Shown here in pieces: positions 26,325-37,114 of a stretch of DNA of 64,000 nucleotides. Location of the stretch: assembly GCF_036321535.1 (NCBI RefSeq), contig NC_087437.1, positions 58,406,001-58,470,000 on the forward strand. Reading direction: 5' to 3'. The notes beneath the pieces were generated by a model, which worked only from the letters and a program-made list of their open reading frames with translations, had not been told where the DNA came from and made no database searches. This stretch comes from Camelus dromedarius. Taxonomy: Eukaryota. Position 1 is the stretch's first letter. Each line of letters begins with the position of its first letter. Both the position numbers and the translations under genes were made by a program.

Positions 26325-27759
26325 CATACTTACATATCTTCCTTTATTCAAATTCAGATTTGTTTTATAATATATGATTGAGAAGGACTGAAAGTGTAAG
26401 TGTACTATTTTCTAACACAGTAGGATGATATAAATTAAGAGATTATCTGTGGGCATGAAAGACTTTCAAAAGACAACTTATAGGTATTTACCCTGAGATT
26501 TACCTGCTGAAAATATTTCCAGTTCTAATAATAGATTAGTTAACATTTGTTATGAGTTAAGACTTGAGATGTGGATGTGGTTTTAGGGGAAGACAAATAG
26601 GCAATTTGCTTAATTAAATCTAATTTATAGTTTCCATCCTCTACAATGAAATAAATTCATAGTATTGCTTTTTAAATGTCAAAAATAGGAGTTTTAGTGT
26701 ATTTAGATGACCCAGAGGGCTCCTGAATATGAATGACATTGTTACTCTACCCTTTGAATCAGTAATTCCACACTCAAAAATATACCCTAAGGATAGAGGT
26801 TTTTACTGAGTTTCTATAACACTTTAAGTGATGGAATCGCCTGAACTTTATGCCAGTTTAGATCATGTAATAATAAATCTCTTGGCTTAGTTCTATGGAA
26901 AATTTTTTTGATCTTCAATGTGATCATTTTCATTAGTATTTTCTAATAAAGAACTCTGTGGTAGATCAAGATTTTAATTAACAGTTGTTGAAAGTAATCC
27001 TTAAACGTATTGAAAAGTTCACAGGCTTAAGAAGCAAAGACATACGTTTGAGTCACCACTCTGCTAGTTATCAACTATGTGACCTTAGGCAAATCATTTC
27101 ACGTCTAGAGAATCCCAATTTACTCTTCTACTGATTAGAAATATGTGCCTTCCAGGGTTACTTGTGCTCAAATGAGATGATGTCCCTTCAGTGCTCAGCA
27201 AAATAATTACAATGTTAAGAGTTCCTTCCCACTGTTCCTCAGCACTATCACCTGGGGAAAAAAATGATCATTAAGTTTAGTGATGCAGCCACTCTGTTTG
27301 GAGATTACTCATGATAAGATTTAAATGTAACTTAGAAACATGTTCAGTGTGATTTTAAGCATATTTTCAGTTGGATCTCCTTTCTCTCTTCATATCTTTC
27401 CTCTAGTTTTGTAAACCTGTTTTGGTTTTATTTGTGAATTACAGATTTATTAGACTTAAATAAAAAGTATATGCCAGTTCACATATTATGTCATTAATAT
27501 GCATTATCTTCCTAAGTTATTTACAAAGGCTTATTGCCAAAGCCCAAGTGTATGCAAAATAGAAACAGAATGGTTTGGAATTTTAGTCTGGCTTGTAGCT
27601 GAAATGAGAATGTTTGTAAATGATTTCCCATTTTTCTGTTTACTTACACACAGCAATGACATTGGTAATCATAATTCTGGTTCCCCTTCTGTTCTTTTCC
27701 ATACAACAATTTTTTTTTATTAAAAAAGGAACTCACAATGCTATCATGACTGCAAAGAA

Positions 27760-28130
27760 ATTACTATAGCTACCTACTGCTAATAACCTTATAAATTGGA
27801 GTAATTCTTTGGGGAAAATAAGGGGACAAATTGTATTTAGAGTTATAAAGATATTTCTATCCCTTGAATCAGTAATTCCATACTCAAAAATATAACCTAA
27901 GGAAATAATACAGAAAGTGGAAAGTGATGTATATAAAGATATTCAGTGCAGCATTATCTGTAATAGTGAAGTTATTAGAAGAAATAAATAATAGCTAATG
28001 GTTCAATAAGATGTGAGTCAAAACAATGGGCTATTGTGCAGCCATTAAAAACAAAATGTATGAAGTCAATGTGGACGCTATGGGACATTATACTATATAG
28101 TGTAAAGTGAAGAAAAGAACAAAGAATAGA
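27760..28130 (+). mobile_element. Old L1 (L1M-type) ORF2-end fragment
   Basis: Degenerate PFDPAIPLLGIYPKE- and EYYAAIK-like segments. Confidence 0.6.
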
Positions 28131-28139
28131 CAGAATAGA

Positions 28140-30010
28140 TGGAAAACAAATAACATTATAAACTTTCACTCAATATCAGTAATTATTTTAAATGTAAATA
28201 GCCCTAATTCTATGATTCAAAGCAAAGATTGTCAGACTCGATAATAAAAGAAGGTCCACTATATGCTCTATACAAGAGACACACCTTATATAAATATAAA
28301 GAAGCAGAGAGATTAAAAGGATAAAGAAGGGGGAAATACAGCATGCGAAGACTAATGAAAGAAAATCAGCATAGCTATATTAATATCAGACAAAACAGAC
28401 TTTAAGGAAAGAAGTATTATGAGAAAAAGAAAGACATTTCATAAGCTAAAAGATCCACTCAACAGAGAGATGTAACAATCTTAAATTTTTGTGCACCTAT
28501 AAACATGATTTCAAAATTTATAAAGAAAAATTGATAGAACTTAAATTCACTCTCATTAGAGATTTTAACACATAAGGAAGGAAATAATAAAGAAAACAAA
28601 TGAATGAAATAGAAAGCAGACGTACCATAGAGAAACTCAATAATGCCAAATTTTTACTCTGAAAGGTTAATAAAATTGATAAGCTCAAATAAATCTGAAT
28701 GTTTTTATGGTTATTAAAGAAAATTAATGTGTAACTAAAAGCCTTTCTACAAAAAAACAAAAACAAAAATAAAACAAAACTTCAAGCTCAAATGGCTTGT
28801 GAATCTTTTCAAATATTTAAGGTAGAAGTGATATCAATCTTTCACAAACTCTTTTAAAAATAGAGGAGGTGGGAATGCTCCCAATGAGCTTTACGAGGCC
28901 AGCACATTCAGATACCAAAGTCTGATAGGTATGTTACAGGAAAGGAAAATTATAGGCTAAGATCTGTCAGAAACATGGATGGAATAATCTTGAAATACAC
29001 TATTTAACCAAATCAGTGATGTATGAAAAAGGCAATGCATTATTACTAAATGGAGTTTATTCTAGGATTACAAAGATTTGAAAATCAATCAGTGTAAATC
29101 ATTGCATTTTGGTATGTTAACATTCAGGAGGCAAATCATAAGGTGATCTCAGTAGATACAGAGAAACTTTCATAAAACAGAACACCAATACATTTTTTTT
29201 TAAAAAAAGAAAGAAACCTTTCAGCAAACTAGTGATAGATAGGAACATCATTCAGCTAGCATCATGCTTAATGATGAAATATTGAACAACTCCCCTCTTG
29301 AGATCACAAGCAAAATAAGATTATCAACAATCACCACTAATATCCACTGTAGTACCAGAAGTCTTAACCAGTGTAATAAGGCAAGAACAAGAAATAAAGT
29401 TTAAAATAATTGGAAAATGAAAAGTAACAATACTATATTATATACTTGCAAGTTGATAAGTGAGTAGGTCTTAAATATTCTCACCACACATACAAAAAAA
29501 GTAATTACATGAGGTGTTGGAGGATTTAGCTAACACTATGGTGGTAATCATTTTACAATATTCAAGTATATCTAGTCAACATGTTGTATATCTTAAACTT
29601 ACAAAATGTTATGTCAATTATATCTCAATAAAGTTGGGGGGAAAAGAAGTAAAACTCTCTTTATGAGCAGACAATGTGATTATGTACATAAAGTCAAAAG
29701 AATGTACAAATTATTAGAATTAATAAGTGAATTTATCAAGGCTGCTGGATCAATATAGAAAATATATGGATTTCTACATATACAGTCAATATAGAAAAAT
29801 GAGCTGTATTTGTATGTACTGGTAATGAACAATTAGAGAATAAAGTTAAATATTATTTGTAATAAGTACCATCAAGGGAAAAAAAATCAATTACCTTGTA
29901 ATAGTTCTAACAAAATTGTGAAAGACCTCTAAGTTAAAAACTACATATTATTGCTGAGAGCAAAGATCTAAATAAATGGAGAAGTATATTCAGTTTGAGG
30001 ATTAGTCATT
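28140..30010 (+). mobile_element. Old, internally deleted L1 ORF2 (endonuclease start to RT region)
   Basis: Decayed ISIITLNVNGLN...ICCLQETH-like sequence at ~28170-28290 and EVKLSL.ADNVIMY-like sequence at ~29646-29690. Confidence 0.8.
29421..29640 (+). mobile_element. L1MA-type 3' end nested inside the older L1
   Basis: Typical L1MA 3' UTR ending tgtcaattatatctcaataaag; it interrupts the host ORF2. Confidence 0.75.
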
Positions 30011-31789
30011 AGCAATCCCATTTAACTAACTGGTGATAGAAGTCATTGAAGTACACTTAAGAACAGTGCACTTTTACTGAGACCACTGTATTTATATATG
30101 TGAATTGTTTTTATTAGACACTGTTCCAAGCAGGTGGAAGTTACCTTAATTACTTTAATAGGATTGCATTGAGAAAGAGATGATGGCAGCAAAATTTGAG
30201 AAAGGAATGAAAAAAGAAAGGGATTTCTATGAGAAAAAAAGAAGGGATTTATATGGGAAATAGGCAGTTTGGTGAAATGGGAAAACAGTAGCTGCCTCCT
30301 AGTGTGGATGATTGGGAAGTGCTGACATACACTGGAGCAGAGATGAAACCACATTCCTAATAACCAAGATAAATTTCTGTGAAAGATGCCGTTTGTGGCT
30401 GGGGACAGCTCAATCAAAATATCAACAGTTTTCTTCCTTATCTGTTAAAAAATAGGTAAGTAGATAGATAGTAGATGGATAAATGACAGACAGATAGAGA
30501 GATAGATGATGGATAGATATTAAAGAGCTTGTAAATGTCAGAGTAACTTTCAGAAATGTGTAGCTCCAAGAGCAGAGATGAGTAGAAGCAATGTGTTTGC
30601 TTACTTGATAAACTGGCCTCATAAAACTTGATAAAATTCCTTTCTATCATTTCTTAGTTTTCCCAGAGTTTATGCAGCTAGATATGGGATTTGAGGTTTC
30701 AGCTAAAAGAATCAAATCTCTACTTTATCTGGCATCCTTTCAATCTACTCCCAATCTGCTTGCCAATGTTTATGTGATTTTGAGTTTGTCACGTTTCCAT
30801 TTTGAACAATTAACCTCAAGTATAGTTTAATTGTTCTAAATGATTATTCTTCTGATGCCGTAAAAGTCACTCAGATTTCTTCTAAATATTGATTCACTTC
30901 CGGTAAAATCCACTAAGAAATGCAGGGTAGTGGAGGGAGCCTGGAACAATATGTGTGCCCTAAGAGGAAGATGAATAGAATCCAGAGGTCTTGTAAAGAT
31001 AATGGGTTCAGAATCTTGAACCCATTATATGTGACTCCTTGCAGTAAAGTAAGTTTTGCCACCTATTTAGGGTTTAGCTTCTGTAAGTCTCAGTTTCCAT
31101 CTCTGTACTTAGGGGATATTAACAGCACACCCCGGGAAGAATAGTTGTGAATACTGAACAAGAAGTGTAAGGTGTTGAGCACAAAGGAAGCCCCCAGTCA
31201 GTGTTAGCGGGTGGTTTGGTAACAAATTCAGTCAGAGGAGGAAAGCGGTGATTATTTCAGTTTGGAGTTGCAATTTACTGAATCATGGTTGGCCAGGGAA
31301 ACGGGCAGTGTTCCATGGGGTGAGGACCCCAGATCTGCCACCTATTAGTGGAGTTGAATAGCACAGAGGTTGTGTCCATCTTCACATGGACCTGAGTCTC
31401 AAAGCAGTGATATTCCCTCACTTTTTTGTTCCCCACTAGAATTCTGTATTCCAGATACCAGGAGCAGTAGCACATTCTTAATGGTCTTTTTCCTAGGCGC
31501 AGATTACAGAAGTAGCTTGGATTAGGAGTAATTGAAATATGTGCGTATCTTTTGACAGAGGTCATTGCCTAAGGTCACAATTTAGAAGCCTATCCAGGAT
31601 TGTCTGCAGAGCCTCTGTTCTTTATACACCACCCCGTTGCCTCCTAGAAGCTCCCACTTCTGTTTCTTGCTCCATCACTTACAAGTTAATGTGATCTGGG
31701 TAAAGGATTTCATTCACTGAAATTTAGATTCCTCATGTGAAAAATGTGGCTGGTTGTAAAATGCAATGAAAGTAGTCTGATGTCACAGA

Positions 31790-31990
31790 TAAAAGCTGGG
31801 GATATGGCATGAGAAAACCAAGTTCAAATTGTGCCTTTACAACTTGACCAGATACATGACCTTGGGTGATCCACTTTACTTCTGATGACTCAATTTCCTC
31901 CTTCATAAATGGGAATAATAACATTAACTATTTCTAGGATTGTGAAAAGCTGAAGAGTTAATGCATGCAAAGCATTTAACACTGTTCCTG
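31790..31990 (+). mobile_element. MIR SINE
   Basis: tgaccttgggtg...ctcaatttcctccttcataaatgggaataataa. Confidence 0.7.
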
Positions 31991-32305
31991 AAACATTCTG
32001 AACATTCCATCTCTGTTGAGAGTAAATATTAGCTTGGGTAATTTACAGATCAACAAAATTTCAGTAGATTAAAAGTGACTAGTTCCATTGTACTCACTGT
32101 GAAATGTTTTGACCACAGGCAATATTCAGAACTAAATGTTATTTGCCAAAATCATAAGTTGTGTTTCTAAAAGTGATTGATCCAGTGGCTTAAATGGAAT
32201 TTTTGCTTTTCCCATAGAGCACAAATTGTCAAAATTGAAGTCAAATGCAGGCCAAAAAGAAACTGCTCACTTTGTAATAATACATGAAACTAGGAGAAAG
32301 CCTTT

Positions 32306-33206
32306 TTTTTTTTTTAATATTTATCTATTTATTTATATATTTACTTATTTATTTAAGTTTTTTATTTTTATTTTATTGAGTTATAGTCAGTTTACAATGC
32401 TGTGTCAATTTCCGGTGTAGAGCACAATTTTTCAGTCATACGTGAATACACATGTATTCATTCCACATTCTTTTTCACTATGAGCTACCACAAGATCTTG
32501 TATATATTCCCTGTGCTATACAATATAAACTTGTTTATCTATATATATGTCAGTATCTATAAATTTCGGACTCCCAGTCTGTCCCTTCCCACCCCTCCTC
32601 CCCCCTGGCAACCACAAGTTAGTATTCTATGTCTATGAGTTTGTTTCTGTTTTATATTTAAGTTCATTTGTCTTCTTCTCCTTCTTCTCTTTCTTCTCCT
32701 TCTTGTTCTTCTTCTCCTTCCTCTTCCTCCTCTTCCTCCTCTTCCTCTTCTTCTTCTTCTTCTTCTTCTTCTTCTTCTTCTTCTTCTTCTTCTTCTTCTT
32801 CTTCTTCTTCTTCTTCTTCTTCTTCTTCTTCTTCTTCTTCTTCTTCTTCTTCTTCTTCTTTCTAGATTCCACGTATGAGTGATATAATAGGGTATTTTTC
32901 TTTCTCCTTCTGGCTTACTTCACTCAGAATAACGTTCCCCAGGGACATCCATGTTGCTGCAAATGGCATTATGTTGTCATTTTTATGGCTGAATAGTATT
33001 CCAATGTGTAAATATACTACAGCTTCTTTATCCAGTCATCTGTCAGTGGACATTTAGGCTGTTTCCATGACTTGGCTGTTGTAAATAGTGCTGCTGTGAA
33101 CATTGGGGTGCTGGTGTCTTTTTGGATTAGGATTCCTTCTGGATATATGCCCAGGAGTGGGCTTATTGGGTCATATGGTAAGTCTATTCCTAGTCTTTTG
33201 TGGAAG
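32306..33206 (-). mobile_element. 5'-truncated young L1 carrying an expanded GAA tract
   Basis: Shares diagnostic 3' UTR motifs with the 16279 copy (gagcacaatttttcagt, gagctaccacaagatcttg). TSD ggagaaag(c/g)cttt at 32293-32305 and 33207-33219. Confidence 0.9.
32671..32862 (-). repeat. Polypurine tract with pure (GAA)38 at 32747-32860
   Basis: 114 bp of uninterrupted CTT on the plus strand, preceded by CTT/CCT/CTC variants. Confidence 0.97.
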
Positions 33207-34841
33207 GGAGAAAGGCTTTAAGATAAACACCAAATTGATTACAAAATTAACTAGATGTAGCAACTACACACACCAGTGCACACACACACGAGCCAGTACA
33301 ATCATCCTTCACTTCTATAGGAGGTAAACTGTGATAGAGCATCCTCCTTCTGTTGCTTATAATGTGACCTTTTGTATGTTACTTAACCGAGCCTCAATTT
33401 CCTCAGCTGTAAATGGGTATCTGAGTGACTAACTCATAGGGATTAAATGAAAATATACATGAAGTACTAGCACTTAAAGGACCCTTTTAAAATCATTTTT
33501 TTTCTTTTCTTTAGAGGTAGTTCTGACAGCTGCCATCAGAGACAGAACTAAGAATGGCCATATTCCTCAGGAAAGGAGAAATACAGGGTGCAGCTTCACC
33601 TAAACATGGTTTTTCTTCTCCAAATTGCTTTTGGTGGGATTCTCTTAGTCTTATGGAACCATCCCTTGGGGTCTCCTTGTCTTTTTCCAGAATTTTTATC
33701 ATGTCTGGAGCACTAGCATTTATGAACCACAGGTCTTGTGACCAGGTATTTTTGAGTCTTTGTAAATTCTCTCATTCTTACGTTCACTATACGTGTGTTT
33801 CTCCATCTGAAATATTTGTTGCATACCCACTACTTTGCATACCATGCAAAGTGCTGATTCAAATGTTTTGGAACAGGGCTTGTGGGTTGCAGTTCATAAC
33901 GCTTTCACTTATTCAAACGAGATTCTTACAGCACAAAGTTAACAAACTTCTTTACTCAACCAGGACACAACCTAAATAACTCTCAGGACTGCAGTTCTCT
34001 TCTGTGGGTGGCAACACCAGTTTTTTGCTGTGACCTGTCAGGCTCTTCTTCTAGTGAGAATGTTCCAACAGACTTAGAGTAAGTTAGCTTTTTCTGTGTA
34101 GGCCTCAGACTTTTAGTCCATTGAATCATGGCCAAGGAGATAATATCTCTATGTTCTTTTATGAAGCTAGAATTCATCATGTTTTATCTTCTTTTTTTTT
34201 TTAACAACAATTCCTGCACCGAGTTTCTATTCATTATTCACAATCTCCCCTTTGTTGTCTTTATCTGGACATGCCAAATTGTGTTCTTTTATGTGTTAAA
34301 TGGGAGGACATTCTTAAAGCTCAGCTCTCTTATCTTGAACTCAGCCATGTTTCAAGGTTCTTTTCTTTAATGCTAGGATAATATTGTCTCTAGGTAATGA
34401 ATCATGTTATTGGTTATTGTCCCTCAGTTGTCTATTGCTAGTTTGGTTTGGCCACATGCAGTGATTTGTGTTAGTTATCACTAGCTGCCAAGCACTGTTA
34501 ATTATAGTTCCCCATATTTTGCCCCACATTCATGTCATGCAGTGCCTTTTGAGTAAGGATAAAATGTCTTGAGCCCTTTCACTTTTGTCTACATTTGACA
34601 ATAAGAATGATCCTTTCCGGACGTTTACTTAGCTGCCATTTAATCCTCACAACAAGCCTATGAAATAGACATGATTACTTTTTGAAATAAGTATTATTAT
34701 TAATAATTTTTATGTTATCATTATTTGTAGATCAAAGAAACTGAATCTTGAAGAAGTTCAAAATAATTATGGAAATAGTTTAACCTATTAAATGTTCCTC
34801 TAATGCTTTCTTTCTGGAGTAAGAAAGGCCATTCACTCTTT

Positions 34842-34994
34842 GTTATTAACCTATAGTCAATTTACTCTGTTGTGTTAGTTTCTGGTATACAGCATAGTGG
34901 TTCACATATACACATATTCTTTTTCATATTTTTTATTATAGATTATTACAAGACACTTTATATAGTTCCCTGTGCTATGCAGTAGGATTTTGTT
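34842..34994 (-). mobile_element. Very short L1 3' end (~150 bp)
   Basis: 15-bp TSD ggccat(t/c)cactcttt at 34827-34841 and 34995-35009. Confidence 0.85.
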
Positions 34995-35483
34995 GGCCAT
35001 CCACTCTTTAGAAGTGTGAATCAGAGCCCAGTACCAAAGAGATGAACATCTTGTTACTCTCACCTGTACGCATGCCCATAAAGTCAGCTAGCATCACTGC
35101 AGCAAAAGTGCTACCACGTGGTCTTCCTGGAAGTAAAAGTGCAACTAAGGAACTTTGTTTGATGAGGCTAATGGCAAGAGAGCATTAAGTGTACATCTAA
35201 AGGTAATGAGAGGCGTGGGCTGATTAGCAGGACCATTTCTGGAACCAAAATTTGCCCTACATCAAAGGCATGGGACAACATGGCATGTTCTGTTAAAAGT
35301 TATCTGTAGAATAAGAGCATTGCTAAACAGCAGGGGTGTCTCAGGAATAATTTGGTTCAAATTTCTCTCTTGGGAAAAATAGCTGTATACCATCCTTCAC
35401 AGATGAGCATCTATTGTCTGCTTAAGATAGGCTGCTTACTACCTGCCAGGGCTGCACCTTTGCTTGCTGGACAGCTGTGATGG

Positions 35484-36904
35484 TGTATTCGTTTTCTATT
35501 GCTGCATAATAGGTGGCTTGAAATAACCCAGATTTACTGTCTCACAGTTCCCGTGGGTTAGGTCTGGTTAGCTGGGTCCTCTGCTCAATGCCTTGCAAGA
35601 AAAAAATGAGGTGTTGTTTGGGCTGTGCTCCTTCTGGAGATCAAAGATCTCTTTCAAGATCACGTTGTTGTTGGCAGGATTCAGTTGCTTGTAATTTTAA
35701 AACAGAAGTCCCCATTATCTTGCTGGGTGTCAGCCAGAAGCTACTCTCAGTTCTCAGGTCTTAGAGAACATTTAGAGCTCCTTGCCACACTGAAACATCT
35801 GTCTTCAAAGATGCAATAGAAAACCTCCCTGGCATCAAATCCCTCTCATGCTTTGAATCTCTATGACTTCAGGAAGGGCCCAGTTTCTTTCCTGGGCTCA
35901 CCTGATTAGGTCAGGACCATCCAGATACTCTCCCTTTTTTTTTTTTAAATTGAAGTATAGTTGATTTACAATACTGTGTTAGTTTCAGATGTACAGAAAA
36001 GTGATTCAGTTATTTTTTTCAGATTATATTTTATTATACGTTATTGCAAGATCTTGAATATAATTCCCTGTGCTATACAGTAAATCCTTGTTGCTTATCT
36101 ATTTTATGTATAGTAGTTAGATCTGTTAATCCTATACTCTTAATTTGTCCCTCCCTCCTTCTCCCCCTTTGGTAACTGTAAGTTTGTTTTCTGTCTGTGA
36201 GTCTGTTGCTGTTTTGTATACAGATTCATTTGTATTATTTTTTTGGATTCCACATATAAGTGATATCATATAATATTTGTCTTTCTCAGTCTGGCTTATT
36301 TCATTTAGTATAATATTCTCTAGGTCCAATCATGTTGCTGCAAATGACAATGTTTCATTCTTTTCCACGGCTGAGTAATATATATATTATATGTATTATT
36401 AATATTATTATAGTAATATATTACTATAATATATAATATATTACTATTATTATATATTCATATATTATATATATACACACACCACATCTTCTTAAGCCGG
36501 TCATCTGTTGATGGGCACTTGGGTTGTAAATATTGCTGCTATGAACATTGGGGTGCATATATATTTTTGAATTAGAGTTTTCATCTTTTAGGGATATATA
36601 CCCAGGAAAGGGATTGCTGGATCATATGGTAGCTCTACTTTTTGTTTTTTAAGGAACCTCTATACTGTTTTCCACAGCAGCTGCACCAATTTACATCCAC
36701 ACCAACAGAGTAGGAGGGTTCCCTTTCCTCCACACCCTCTCCAGCATCTATTATTTGTAAATCCCTTTTTGCCATGCAACATAACCCAATTACAGGAATT
36801 ATAAAGCTCATTATATTTCTGAGTGCTGCCCACACTCGACCGGAGGGGACTGTACAAAGGCAAAGCTCATCGGAGAGGCGTTATGTTACGATTCTACCAC
36901 CACA
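35484..36904 (-). mobile_element. MaLR (MLT1-type) solo LTR split by an L1
   Basis: TG...CA ends and a near-TSD gatgg/gatgt. MLT1-like sequence on both sides of the L1 (ttctattgctgc, tctcacagtt, cacctgattaggtcagg, gcccacactc). Confidence 0.75.
35940..36761 (-). mobile_element. 5'-truncated L1 inserted in the MLT1 LTR, with AT low-complexity expansion at ~36375-36475
   Basis: Translates to MDLENIILNEISQTEKDKYYMISLICG (end of ORF2); poly(T) at 35935-35947. Confidence 0.9.
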
Positions 36905-37056
36905 GATGTTTGGAAGGGCTTTCATAAGGAAAATAAATCAGGCTGAGCTCTGCCAACTTCTACTCTGCTCTCCACATCAGCCTCTCAACTACTGGAATGT
37001 AACTACCATAACTGATCTTTGGGGGACTATTCCCAATGTCTTTTAAATGATTCTTA

Positions 37057-37114
37057 TATAGTTTAAACAGTTTTTATATAAATTATAGTTTAAACAGTTC
37101 TTATATAAATTATA
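37057..37114. repeat. 27-bp tandem duplication
   Basis: tatagtttaaacagtt(t/c)ttatataaat at 37057-37083 and 37084-37110. Confidence 0.9.

Noticed and set aside
32547..32882. Poly-F, poly-K and poly-S ORFs
   Set aside because: These are translations of the (CTT)n microsatellite inside an L1.
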